From: Promethearchaeota archaeon
Lineage (GTDB): Archaea > Asgardarchaeota > Hermodarchaeia > Hermodarchaeales > Hermodarchaeaceae
Length of the DNA stretch: 64,000 nt
NCBI GenBank assembly: GCA_048939625.1
Contig: JBHLPH010000007.1
Coordinates: forward strand, 30,766 to 94,765
Reading direction: 5' to 3'
Numbering within the stretch: the stretch's first letter is position 1; each line of letters starts with the position of its first letter. This document shows, in pieces, positions 9,956 through 19,553 of this stretch. Made by a program: the position numbers and the translations under genes. Under the pieces are notes generated by a model, which worked only from the letters and a program-made list of their open reading frames with translations, did no database searches and was not told where the DNA came from.

Positions 9956-10060
9956 GTGAGCATGCGGATACCAACGATGACGAACATGCACCTAACCAGA
10001 GCCACTCATCATGGCGGATGACGGAACTGATCTGCTCGGAGGTTAGTGTCCGCAGCTCGC
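9956..10060. ncRNA. candidate structured RNA in a 350-bp intergenic gap
   Basis: GTGAGC-A-TGCGGATAC (9956-9971) pairs with GTGTCCGCA-GCTCGC (10046-10060); inner hairpins TCATC/GATGA and GAGC/GCTC. Confidence 0.3.
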
Positions 10061-10265
10061 AACTTTTGTACCAGATTCTTCAAAGAGCTCTATTCATGAA
10101 TCGATAAGACTCTATGATCTGCAATACTGTATGGAGTGAAATCGCATTCAAACCACGTGCCAAAATAAAGGAGGATTAATCAGAAGCAGTAAACGTGCCA
10201 CCAATCAAATGAAAAATTATTGACCCAAAGCTCCCTTTTTATATCCAACCAATCCATCTCTCATT

Positions 10266-10859
10266 ATGACACTTGAATACAAATACGCTGATTGGTCACA
10301 AGTTTATGAGTTATGTTTTCAGCTCTATCATCATATTCGAAAAGCTGGATTTTCACCAGACCTCATTGTAGGTGTGGCTCGAGGGGGATGGGTTCCTGCC
10401 CGAATTATCGCTGATTTTTTCATCATCCAACACACAGCCAATGTCAAGGTTGAGTTCTATCAGGATTTGTTCGATACTAAGGAACATGCCTCCATAACCC
10501 AGCCGGTGAGTGGAGAACCACGATGGAAGAAAGTCCTCGTCGTCGATGACATTGCTGATTCGGGAGCGAGTTTGGAAGCAACGGTTAAACACTTAGAACG
10601 TCGCAAGGTTTCTGAAATACAAACAGCCTGTTTGCATGTTAAACCTTGGGCAGACCCCTTGCCCAACTTTTATAGCAAGAAATTAGATGCCTGGGTAATT
10701 TATCCATGGGAAGTGAAAGAATTTACATTTTCATTTGCTCATCAGTTGTATTCAAAAAATATTGAATATCAGGAGATTAAATCACAATTATTAGAGATCG
10801 GGCTCCCTGAACACCCAACAAAAGAGTTCCTCCGGGAATGGAAAGCAATCATGAATTAG
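10266..10859 (+). CDS. purine (hypoxanthine/guanine/xanthine) phosphoribosyltransferase, COG2236-like, copy 1
   Basis: GVARGGWVPARI, PRPP loop VLVVDDIADSGASL, WVIYPWE. Confidence 0.9.
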   Translation: MTLEYKYADWSQVYELCFQLYHHIRKAGFSPDLIVGVARGGWVPARIIADFFIIQHTANVKVEFYQDLFDTKEHASITQPVSGEPRWKKVLVVDDIADSGASLEATVKHLERRKVSEIQTACLHVKPWADPLPNFYSKKLDAWVIYPWEVKEFTFSFAHQLYSKNIEYQEIKSQLLEIGLPEHPTKEFLREWKAIMN

Positions 10860-11103
10860 ACTCTCTTGTAGGCTGTAGAACAAATCGTGACATCTTCGTA
10901 ATTGAGAGAACGACAAGATTCGCTTCATAAGTATGAGTCAAGTTATCGACAACGTCAGGAGGTAATCCTTGGCTATTCAGGGTTTTCCGAAAGACACGTA
11001 TTCCATCGTTAGCAAAGCGTTTTCCTCGCCGCAACGCAATCCAAGAACGAATTGCTACTCGGAGTCCATAATACATGGTAGCAACGATTTCTCGGGCATT
11101 CAT
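10849..11103 (-). CDS. small hypothetical protein (LxxxGLP helical-hairpin motif)
   Basis: 84 aa; GAGG upstream; LNSQGLPPDVVDNLTHTY resembles the upstream gene product. Confidence 0.65.
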   Translation of the reverse strand: MNAREIVATMYYGLRVAIRSWIALRRGKRFANDGIRVFRKTLNSQGLPPDVVDNLTHTYEANLVVLSITKMSRFVLQPTRESNS

Positions 11104-11136
11104 TCCTCTAAACGCCTCTTTTTTTAATGGTAGGAG

Positions 11137-11195
11137 GAATGAGAGAGAAAGTATCTGACCTGGAAAATTCGGCCAGATGATTTCTCACTCCATTC
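11137..11195 (-). other. long intra-operon stem-loop
   Basis: GAATGAGAGAGAAAGTATCTGACC (11137-11160) is an imperfect inverted repeat of GGCCAGATGATTTCTCACTCCATTC (11171-11195). Confidence 0.6.
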
Positions 11196-11204
11196 GGCCT
11201 CGTT

Positions 11205-11549
11205 CTAGATACTCTCCTTTTCTGACCGTTTTTTCTCAAGGGCACGTTCAATTTTGATTTCCAAGTCTTTGGATTTCCGTCCCGTGCTTAATCCTTCGCT
11301 CATGAAATCCTTTATGTCTAAGACACTCATGTATTTCCGGGTCATATCAAGAACTAACTCATCTGGTAGGCCTTTTTTCTTAAGTCCTTGATACAGAGAA
11401 CCAACGGATTCAGCGATGCTTTCCGCAACTTCGGGAGAATAGATTGCTTGAACGAGTTGGCTGATGAGGGCAGGTACGGTTTCTTGAACGGCTTCAAGAA
11501 TATCTCGAACCTCCTCGACATCAGTTGATTTTGGGTCCTTGTCGCTCAT
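11205..11549 (-). CDS. hypothetical helical protein (LxxxGLP motif)
   Basis: 114 aa; GGTG upstream; YQGLKKKGLPDELVLDMTRKYM. Confidence 0.8.
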   Translation of the reverse strand: MSDKDPKSTDVEEVRDILEAVQETVPALISQLVQAIYSPEVAESIAESVGSLYQGLKKKGLPDELVLDMTRKYMSVLDIKDFMSEGLSTGRKSKDLEIKIERALEKKRSEKESI

Positions 11550-11643
11550 AATTGTTTACACCAACCTATACTTGTGTGGTCAGAGAACAAATACTATCTG
11601 CGAAAAAGTGACCAGATTTCGGTTCACAAACTCTATTTTCAGC

Positions 11644-12132
11644 TTACAGGAGGTCATCTGTGAGCTTGTAATACGTGGCCTTCTTATCGCGATGAGCTTC
11701 TTTGATGAGTCCCATAGCTTGAAGTTGCTGAAGCCGTTCCCGGACAATTCGACGAGAAGCGGTCCCTCGACCACGTCTGACTGCAACTGTCAATTGGCTG
11801 ATATTTTGAGGATTACCTGGTTCTAAAGCATCCACAATAAGCCGGCTTATCTCATCTTTTGCTAGAGTAGGGAATTGCTTTTGAAGCCGTTGACGTCCTG
11901 AAAAACGACCCATCATCTCAAATAGGTTGCCATAAAAGTCCATCCCATCACGAATAAGGCGGGTGGATTGTTGAAATTCACCCATCTCGGGTTCAAGCCT
12001 CGCTAAGACCCGTTCAATTCTGGTTAATCGGGAAGAGATGTCTTCGAGTTTGGCTTGAAGGTCTGCTTTTTCTGGTTCTTTCTCCGACTCCGGTTTCTTT
12101 CTTTCATTCTCGGAGTTGGTAGATTTTGTCAT
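11644..12132 (-). CDS. coiled-coil plus C-terminal winged-helix DNA-binding protein
   Basis: Heptad region LQAKLEDISSRLTRIERVL; wHTH NISQLTVAVRRGRGTASRRIVRERLQQLQAMGLI. Confidence 0.8.
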   Translation of the reverse strand: MTKSTNSENERKKPESEKEPEKADLQAKLEDISSRLTRIERVLARLEPEMGEFQQSTRLIRDGMDFYGNLFEMMGRFSGRQRLQKQFPTLAKDEISRLIVDALEPGNPQNISQLTVAVRRGRGTASRRIVRERLQQLQAMGLIKEAHRDKKATYYKLTDDLL

Positions 12133-12278
12133 TAGCTCCAGCCTAATCCTCTTTGGTAGTTAATGCCTTTATACATAATTATTCATGAATCCAAAGTCAA
12201 ATCACTTCTTCGACTTCGAGCTTGTTGTGAGGCGGTTTTTGACGATAAGCTTTATAGACTGGTTAGATACCTAGCAGT

Positions 12279-12932
12279 ATGGCAACCAATTTTGAATTTG
12301 TCTGGTGGGAACGCCTTTACGAGCTCTGTTTTACGTTGTATGAGAAGATTATGGAATCTAATTTTCAACCTGATGTTATTGTGGGTGTGGCTCGTGGGGG
12401 ATGGATACCTGCACGAATTCTCTCAGACCTCTTTTTCACACGAGATACTGCAAATGTCAAAGTCGATTTATATCGAGGAATCTATGCGCGTGATCAAGAA
12501 CCGCATATTAGCCAAGAAATTCCGAGAGATATGAAATGGGAGGCTCCGCTCCTCGTTGATGATATTTCTGATACTGGAGATAGTCTTCTCATTGCGGGTC
12601 AGCATCTACAGCACCGTGGTTATAAAAATCCACGGACTGCTACAATGCATATGAAACCTTGGACCAAACTCGTTCCTGACTATTATGTGGTGGAAACCGA
12701 AGCCTGGGTCGTGTATCCTTGGGAACTCAAAGAATTCACCTTCAATCTTTCAAGTCAACTCGCAAAGGAGGGAAAGACCCGTCACGAAATTGCAGGGTAC
12801 CTCTTCGAAGTTGGGGTGCCAATCCATTATGCGAAGATGTTTTTGGACCAATGGGTAAAACGTAATGAGTCCAGCCTCAAAGAGAGTAAGGCGAAAACTA
12901 AAACGAGAAAATCCAAATCAAGAAAGACTTAG
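12279..12932 (+). CDS. purine phosphoribosyltransferase, copy 2, with basic C-terminal tail
   Basis: GVARGGWIPARI, LLVDDISDTGDSL, WVVYPWE; paralog of 10266-10859. Confidence 0.9.
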   Translation: MATNFEFVWWERLYELCFTLYEKIMESNFQPDVIVGVARGGWIPARILSDLFFTRDTANVKVDLYRGIYARDQEPHISQEIPRDMKWEAPLLVDDISDTGDSLLIAGQHLQHRGYKNPRTATMHMKPWTKLVPDYYVVETEAWVVYPWELKEFTFNLSSQLAKEGKTRHEIAGYLFEVGVPIHYAKMFLDQWVKRNESSLKESKAKTKTRKSKSRKT

Positions 12933-12935
12933 ACC

Positions 12936-14123
12936 CTATTTTGGCTTAGGCTTGTCAACGTGTTTGAGCTTATACTCCTTCTGACCTAGCCCAAGTTCGG
13001 TCGCATAATCTAATTGAACCAGATGACACTGGGTCGGCGTTCTCTCTCCCGTATGTGGATCAGGCCAGGGGGTAGCAACAGCTAGTTTATCCTCACCCGG
13101 AGCGATATCTCCACACGCAGAACTAGCAATAGGAAGAGCTTCATTTAGTTTGTCCACGCTTGCCGCGTCAATGGCGACTGGATCTCGAGAGGCAAAGATG
13201 CCTAAATCAGGTACTAGGGCTTGAGGACCTGCTGGCATACAATCACACCATTCACTGATATCCAAGGCGACGTTAAAGTAGTAGAACCGGTCACGTCCAA
13301 TTCCATCCATGACGCCGAGGGCGTTTTCTATCATTCGTTCTGTCGCAACTGGGGGGTTCTCTCCCCATTTGGCTGTGATGGCTTTCGCATCGGCTTGCCG
13401 ACATGCAGAGACACAATGAATACAATGAATACACCGTTCAAAGTCGATTTTCACTTTAGGATTAACCGTGATGCACTGAGTGGGACACACACGCACGCAT
13501 TTACTACATTCAGGGCCCTTACATTCATCAGCATTGACAATCGGGTTTTGTGGACCATGCATCATTGTCTTGCTGTATTTGCCGACACAACCAATCCCTA
13601 GGTTTTTTAGGGTGCCTCCCATGCCAGTTCCACCGTGACCTTTGAAGTGAGTCATTATTACAATAACATCAGCATCACGCAATGCCATTGCAACCTCGAC
13701 TTTGTCAAGGTGTTTTCCCTTAATGGGCATCGTAAAGGTGTCGGTCCCCCAATATCCGTCTAGTAATATAATTGGTGCCCCCATCGTACCAATGGAATAG
13801 CCGTTAGCTGCAGCCATCTTATAATACTCAGCTGCAGTGGTGCGTCCCCCATATAATCCAGCGCCATAACCTAACCCTGCAGATTCAGCAAGAATTGGCC
13901 ATGCTTTTTGAGCTTTTACGAGATCAACTGCCTTCCTAAGAAGAGCAGGTCGCAGGTACATGAGGTTGCCATATGCCCCGAAATGAGTTTTGATAATAAC
14001 CCGGTCATCTTCCTTGATGGCTTTATTCAAACCGATTTTGTCCCAAAGGACTTCAAGTTTATCGAGCATAGAGTACCGCGGGAACACAGATCTATCCACA
14101 TACAATACTTCAGATTTTGTCAT
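12936..14123 (-). CDS. DUF362 protein with inserted 2x[4Fe-4S] ferredoxin domain
   Basis: KTHFG, THFKGH, GGTLKNLGIGC, CSKCVRVCP, CIHCIHCVSAC, WCDC, DPVAIDAAS. Confidence 0.9.
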   Translation of the reverse strand: MTKSEVLYVDRSVFPRYSMLDKLEVLWDKIGLNKAIKEDDRVIIKTHFGAYGNLMYLRPALLRKAVDLVKAQKAWPILAESAGLGYGAGLYGGRTTAAEYYKMAAANGYSIGTMGAPIILLDGYWGTDTFTMPIKGKHLDKVEVAMALRDADVIVIMTHFKGHGGTGMGGTLKNLGIGCVGKYSKTMMHGPQNPIVNADECKGPECSKCVRVCPTQCITVNPKVKIDFERCIHCIHCVSACRQADAKAITAKWGENPPVATERMIENALGVMDGIGRDRFYYFNVALDISEWCDCMPAGPQALVPDLGIFASRDPVAIDAASVDKLNEALPIASSACGDIAPGEDKLAVATPWPDPHTGERTPTQCHLVQLDYATELGLGQKEYKLKHVDKPKPK

Positions 14124-14276
14124 TATGCTTAAACCTCTCTGAACAGCTTATTTCAAAAGAAGGCTGGTAACCCTTATTCCCTTTATTCTTTTGTAAAAAT
14201 CAACCACCTTCTCACGGAATCACACTTGAGGTAAAATGGGAAGGTTTTTGTTGAGTGTAAACAAGCCTCAACGAGA

Positions 14277-14867
14277 ATGAAAGTTCTCTTTTTCTCAGAT
14301 CTTCATGGACAATCACACGCAATATCGCACATCAGAACCCAGTTAGTACAGGTCGATGTAGGATTTGGTCTCGGAGACTTTGCTAGTTTCGGAAAAGGAC
14401 TAAGCGACATACTCAGATCTCTCGAAACAGACACCTCAATCTATTTCATACCCGGAAATCATGATGATGCTGATGAACTAAAATGGCTATGTCGAGAATA
14501 TGATAGTTTTCATTACCTTCATGGCGACCATATAGAATTGAAAGGAAAAACATTCGCTGGTTTGGGTGGAGGCTTACCAGGTCTGCCCTTTGGACTTACT
14601 GAAGAAAATGTCCAAAAGATATTAAGTCGATTCTATTATCTCAATGATCTAATTCTTTGCACACATACTCCTCCCTACGGCACCGCCGTTGATGTAACCT
14701 GGGGTGGGAACCATATCGGCTATCAAAGCTTACGAGATTTCGTCACAGAAGTCCAACCGTTGGCTGTGTACAGTGGACATGTCCATGAGGCAGAAGGCAA
14801 ACATGATAATCTCGGTTCAACCAAGTTGGTTGCCGTGGGCGCTCATGGTTTCAACATCGACATCTGA
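14277..14867 (+). CDS. calcineurin-like metallophosphoesterase
   Basis: SDLHG, GDF, PGNHD, THTPP, GHVHE. Confidence 0.92.
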   Translation: MKVLFFSDLHGQSHAISHIRTQLVQVDVGFGLGDFASFGKGLSDILRSLETDTSIYFIPGNHDDADELKWLCREYDSFHYLHGDHIELKGKTFAGLGGGLPGLPFGLTEENVQKILSRFYYLNDLILCTHTPPYGTAVDVTWGGNHIGYQSLRDFVTEVQPLAVYSGHVHEAEGKHDNLGSTKLVAVGAHGFNIDI

Positions 14868-15064
14868 CGAAATGAATCCTATTAAACCATGCTAGCCGGT
14901 TTCCTTTCCATTTGATGAATGTCTATATTTTTATACTCCTTTGCTTCTACACATTTCAAGCTCTTTGGACCATACCAGAAATGAGTCGGCTCAATTAAGC
15001 TGCTTTATTCTTCTTTGAGCAAGGATGCCATTTCTGCGAGAGGTCGATTGGAGGAGCCAAAAAA

Positions 15065-16189
15065 ATGAAACGAAATACACTCATAGCCGTTATTCTAATA
15101 GTGATTATCATAGTGGTTACAGTCGGCGCTGCTACCTTCTTCTTCTTCTTCCCACCGATTCCACCTGCTCCTGTTGATAACCCGCACGAAGTAGCAATTG
15201 TTTTTGCTACAGGTGGTCTTGGTGACAAATCATTCAACGACGGATGCTATGCCGGTGCTGTAATGGCACACAACGATTTCAACGTCAACTTCACCTTTGT
15301 TGAGCCTACTGCTATCGCTGAATACGAGCCCTTCCTACGGGCCTATGCAGAACATGCAGGATTAGCTAATCCCTATGATCTCATTATCAGTATCGGATTC
15401 GACCAAGCTGATGCCATTATGGCAGTTGCAGAAGATCATCCTACACAAGAATTTGCAATTGTGGACATGTTTATCGATCCTGTAAACTATACCAATGTTC
15501 GATCAATTCTCTTCTCAGCAAATGAGGGTTCTGCCCTTGTAGGCGCCCTTGCTGGAATATACACAGCCACTGGTAACATTGCCTTCGTAGGCGGAATGGA
15601 TATCCCACTTATCCGCGAATTTGCTGCCGGATACTTCTACGGAGCCAATATCACTGTTCCTGGTATTGCTATGAACGCAACTCAAACATCCTTCGTAGAC
15701 AATGCATGGGTCGGTGACTGGGCTAACCCAGGTTATGCAGAAACCCTAGCGGACGGTCTATATACTACAGGTTTTGATATCATCTTTGCGGCAGCTGGAC
15801 GATCTGGTCTTGGTGTCATTGACTCAGCAGTTAAGAACAACGCCACGATTGGTCCTGTCTGGGCCATTGGGGTCGACAGTCCACAGATGTATCTTGGCAC
15901 AGCTGATCCAGATAATCCCGTAGCTCCAACAGCAGTTTTAACTTCAATGTTGAAGCGTGTTGATGTTGCTATTAACCAAACCATCGTCCAAAAGGTGATT
16001 GGCGGTTCAAGCATCGCTGGACTTTCCTTCTGGAACTTAGCAAATGGTGGTGTTGGTTGGGAAATGAACAACACACTGCTCGGAACTAACTGGGCGGTTT
16101 CAACAACTGACCAAAACACCATTGCTATGATCGCACAAGGCATTATCAACGGAACTTATACTGTTCCAACTGATCTTGTTTGGCTGTAG
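15065..16189 (+). CDS. BMP/PnrA-family nucleoside ABC substrate-binding protein
   Basis: GGLGDKSFND, IGF, GGMDIPLI, AAAGRSG, AIGVDS, SMLKRVD; heads the ABC operon. Confidence 0.93.
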   Translation: MKRNTLIAVILIVIIIVVTVGAATFFFFFPPIPPAPVDNPHEVAIVFATGGLGDKSFNDGCYAGAVMAHNDFNVNFTFVEPTAIAEYEPFLRAYAEHAGLANPYDLIISIGFDQADAIMAVAEDHPTQEFAIVDMFIDPVNYTNVRSILFSANEGSALVGALAGIYTATGNIAFVGGMDIPLIREFAAGYFYGANITVPGIAMNATQTSFVDNAWVGDWANPGYAETLADGLYTTGFDIIFAAAGRSGLGVIDSAVKNNATIGPVWAIGVDSPQMYLGTADPDNPVAPTAVLTSMLKRVDVAINQTIVQKVIGGSSIAGLSFWNLANGGVGWEMNNTLLGTNWAVSTTDQNTIAMIAQGIINGTYTVPTDLVWL

Positions 16190-16197
16190 TTGATAAA

Positions 16198-16234
16198 AGA
16201 GTGGGCCAACAGGCCCCTCTCCCTCTCTTTTTTT
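16198..16234 (+). terminator. stem-loop plus T-run after binding-protein gene
   Basis: AGAGTGGGCC-AACA-GGCCCCTCT then CT-rich and T7 tract. Confidence 0.55.
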
Positions 16235-16353
16235 CATTATTTCTTTTTGTTCACGAGCATTGAGATTAAATACTAGAAAATGGCACTTTTGTATAATTCG
16301 ACGTTCTGTAATGGAATGTTCGCACCGACACTATCCTTATGGAGGCGATTTGT

Positions 16354-17943
16354 ATGGACGCCATCGAACTCGAAAACATCTGGAAAGTATTTCCTGGTAA
16401 TGTTCAAGCCAACAAGGACATCACCTTACGGATCAAAGAAGGTGAAGTTCATGGGTTACTCGGGGAAAACGGAGCTGGAAAGACTACATTGATGAATGTG
16501 TTATACGGTCTAATCGAACGAACATCAGGAACAATCAAAGTTCGAGGACAAGAAGTGAATTTCAGATCTCCTCATGATGCAGTTCTGTGTGGAATCGGAA
16601 TGGTCCATCAACATTTCAAGCTTATTCCTAATCTAACCGTTACTGAGAACGTCATCTTAGGCGCTGAACCAATGTATCTGAATCTTACAGCCAACTTGCG
16701 CGTCTGGAAACCTAGCATTAATCCAATGATGCCAACGGACTTCAAAGGGGCAGAAAAAGAAATTAAACGCATTAGCAAAGAAAATGCTCTCAACATCGAT
16801 CCTCGCGCCAAGATTCAAGATCTTTCAGTAGGCCAACAGCAACAAGTTGAAATTATTAAAATTCTTTATCGCCAAGCAGATATTCTCATTCTTGACGAAC
16901 CTACTGCTGTTTTAACTCCACAGGAAGTCGATGAACTTTTTGAAACATTGGAGACATTTCGGAATGAAGGAAAAACAATCATACTCATTACTCACAAACT
17001 ACGCGAACCAATGGCTCTTTGTGATCGCATCACAGTTCTCCGTGATGGTGAGCTTGTTGGAACAGTGAATAAGAAAGACACTTCACGAGAACAATTAGCT
17101 GAAATGATGGTTGGACGAAAAGTTGTCTTCAGGGTGGCAAAAACACCAGCCAAACCCGGTGCTCCTGTGCTTCGTGTAGAAGATCTCTATGTTCGCGATG
17201 ATCGTGGTCTTCCCTCTGTCCAAGGGGTGTCTTTTGAAATAAAATCAGGAGAAATTCTTGGTTTGGCAGGCGTTCATGGGAATGGACAACGCGAACTCGT
17301 TGAAGCCATCTGGGGGCTTCGAAAACCCACTAGTGGTGAAATCTACATCGAAGGTGAACGAATAACTAAATACAATCCTCGGAAGGTTCGACGAATAGGG
17401 GTTGGATACATACCGCAGGATCGACAGAAACGTGGTTTAATTTTAGATTTCTCAATAAAAGAGAATCTCGTCCTTGGTGGTCAATATCGACCTCCATTTG
17501 CTATTGGTCCTATGAATTCATTTCTGAATGCTGCCAACATTGATGACTACTCCAATCACCTTGTAAAAGATTATTCAATTCGACTTCGAAATATCGATGA
17601 GCCGGTATCTACACTCTCGGGGGGAAACCAACAAAAGGTCATTGCAGCACGAGCGATGGGTCCAAATCCGAAATTACTCCTTGCATCAAATCCAACTCGA
17701 GGTCTTGATGTGGGGGCGACTGAATATATTCACAATGCTCTCATTCGAATGCGTGATCAGGGTGTGGCAATTTTTTTGATTTCAGCTGATTTAGATGAAG
17801 TGCGTAATGTAGCGGATCGAATTGCGGTCATCTTTGAAGGAAAGATCGTTGCAATAAGAATGCCTGAAAAAACAGATGAGCGGGAATTGGGACTCCTGAT
17901 GGCAGGAGAAACTGGGGAAGTAATTTCAAAGGGGTCAGCATAA
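16354..17943 (+). CDS. nucleoside/sugar ABC transporter ATPase (CUT2, NupA/YufO-like)
   Basis: GENGAGKT, MVHQHF, LSVGQQQ, ILDEPT, second domain LSGGNQQK, PTRGLD. Confidence 0.95.
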   Translation: MDAIELENIWKVFPGNVQANKDITLRIKEGEVHGLLGENGAGKTTLMNVLYGLIERTSGTIKVRGQEVNFRSPHDAVLCGIGMVHQHFKLIPNLTVTENVILGAEPMYLNLTANLRVWKPSINPMMPTDFKGAEKEIKRISKENALNIDPRAKIQDLSVGQQQQVEIIKILYRQADILILDEPTAVLTPQEVDELFETLETFRNEGKTIILITHKLREPMALCDRITVLRDGELVGTVNKKDTSREQLAEMMVGRKVVFRVAKTPAKPGAPVLRVEDLYVRDDRGLPSVQGVSFEIKSGEILGLAGVHGNGQRELVEAIWGLRKPTSGEIYIEGERITKYNPRKVRRIGVGYIPQDRQKRGLILDFSIKENLVLGGQYRPPFAIGPMNSFLNAANIDDYSNHLVKDYSIRLRNIDEPVSTLSGGNQQKVIAARAMGPNPKLLLASNPTRGLDVGATEYIHNALIRMRDQGVAIFLISADLDEVRNVADRIAVIFEGKIVAIRMPEKTDERELGLLMAGETGEVISKGSA

Positions 17944-19553
17944 TGAGTGATGATACAGTTACTCCTGATTTTGAAACAAACGTGGATGAAAAGCATTTGC
18001 AAAGTGGTGGTATTAACGAATTCTTTCGGGGGCTCTATTTCCAATTCATTGGCTTTTTCAGATGGTCTAATCTTCGGAGAGGGCTCATTCAAATCGGATG
18101 GGCAATTATGTCTATCTTTCTCGCGATTTTTGCTACCTCCCTAATAATGCTCGCGACAGGGTATAATCCATTCATTGCATTTCGAACATTGATTCTAGGG
18201 GCATTTGCCCGAACTGATCTTATTTTTTGGTATGCCACTCCCCTCATCTTCACAGGTCTTGCAGTGGCTTTAGCCTTCCAAGCGGGGCTCTTCAATATTG
18301 GTGCAGAAGGCCAGTTGTATATGGGGTCAATGGCTGCCACGGTTGTCGGTTTCATGATTTTACTGCCACCTGTAATTCACCCTGCTCTTGCTTTACTTTT
18401 TGGCTTCATTATTGGTGGTTTATGGGCTCTCGTTCCAGCGTTATTAAAGGCATATCGAGGCGCTCATGAAGTCGTAACTACGATGATGATGACTTTCATT
18501 GCGACTCTCTTTACTCAATGGCTGGCTGCTGGACCTCTTCAAGAACCTGGACAAGTTCAGCCACAAGCCCAAACTCCTCTCATCTTTCCCACAGCTGAGC
18601 TAGTTAAGCTCTTTGGCTCGAATTTTCTTAATTTTGGCTTTGTAATTGGCATCTTTGTTGTTATTGGCGTATGGATTCTTCTCAGAAACACGGTTCTTGG
18701 CTATGAGATGCGAGCTGTTGGTAAGAACCAGTCTGCTGCTCAAGCTGCAGGAATTAATCCCAAGAAAATGATTGTTATTTCGCTTTTCCTAAGTGGGTGT
18801 CTTGCAGGGCTTGCTGGTGCCGTTGAAATTCTAGGCTACTATCATCGGTTCCGTGATGGCTGGTCAGCGGGTTTAGGTTTCGACGGAATCACTGTTGCAG
18901 TACTTGGCGCTAATAATCCCATCGGTGTTCTCTTAGGTGCTATTTTCTTCGGATTTCTCCGTGCTGGTGCGATTCCAATGCAAACAATCGGAGGAGTTCC
19001 TGCAGAAATGGTGGATGTCATCCAAGGATTAGTCGTCCTTTTCGTCGCTGCTCCGAAAATCGTAATTTGGCTAGCGAAGAAGGGAGTCACATGGGCGAAA
19101 AGGCTTGTAAAAGACCCTATGAAAGCCGTTCCCATCTTCATGGGATCGATTATAGCAATAATTGGTAGTATTGCTAGCATCGCTATTGGTGCGAGTATGT
19201 TCGGTACCCTTGTCCAAGCAGGGCTTATTGGTGATATCTTTACTTTGATACTCACCGAACCATTCTTTGCGATGTATATAGGGCTAGCATCCCTTGCAGT
19301 GATAATCGGTCTCATATCGCTCTTTGCATTCTATGGCCTTATGACAACTCAGAAATGGTCGACTATTGCTCTCATACCTTCCGCGGTTATTTGGATAATC
19401 ATTGGCTATATTACAATGGTCATGTTAGGTGCTACACTCCTCATTCCGCTCAGCGTCTTAGGAGTGCTAGGTATCATCTTTGGAGTATGGAGTTTCATTC
19501 TCCTGTATCGACAAGGTGTTACCTTTGTGGAGGTGAAAACTGATGCAGATTGA
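17943..19553 (+). CDS. nucleoside ABC permease (NupB/YufP-like) with extra C-terminal TM block
   Basis: GLFNIGAEGQ, HEVVTTMM, GYEMRAVG, GFDGITVAVLG; about 160-aa hydrophobic extension. Confidence 0.92.
   Translation: MSDDTVTPDFETNVDEKHLQSGGINEFFRGLYFQFIGFFRWSNLRRGLIQIGWAIMSIFLAIFATSLIMLATGYNPFIAFRTLILGAFARTDLIFWYATPLIFTGLAVALAFQAGLFNIGAEGQLYMGSMAATVVGFMILLPPVIHPALALLFGFIIGGLWALVPALLKAYRGAHEVVTTMMMTFIATLFTQWLAAGPLQEPGQVQPQAQTPLIFPTAELVKLFGSNFLNFGFVIGIFVVIGVWILLRNTVLGYEMRAVGKNQSAAQAAGINPKKMIVISLFLSGCLAGLAGAVEILGYYHRFRDGWSAGLGFDGITVAVLGANNPIGVLLGAIFFGFLRAGAIPMQTIGGVPAEMVDVIQGLVVLFVAAPKIVIWLAKKGVTWAKRLVKDPMKAVPIFMGSIIAIIGSIASIAIGASMFGTLVQAGLIGDIFTLILTEPFFAMYIGLASLAVIIGLISLFAFYGLMTTQKWSTIALIPSAVIWIIIGYITMVMLGATLLIPLSVLGVLGIIFGVWSFILLYRQGVTFVEVKTDAD

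Noticed and set aside
9933-9995. Selenoprotein read-through (MVEILPNP-TGA-ACGYQR-TGA-RTCT)
   Set aside because: The frame closes at TAA after about 20 codons; no homolog-like motif or recognisable SECIS.
9975-10025. Fluoride (crcB) riboswitch
   Set aside because: GATGA...CCTAACC...GCC/GGC...GATGAC words resemble it, but the P1 pairing and pseudoknot are missing and no Fluc-motif gene is adjacent.
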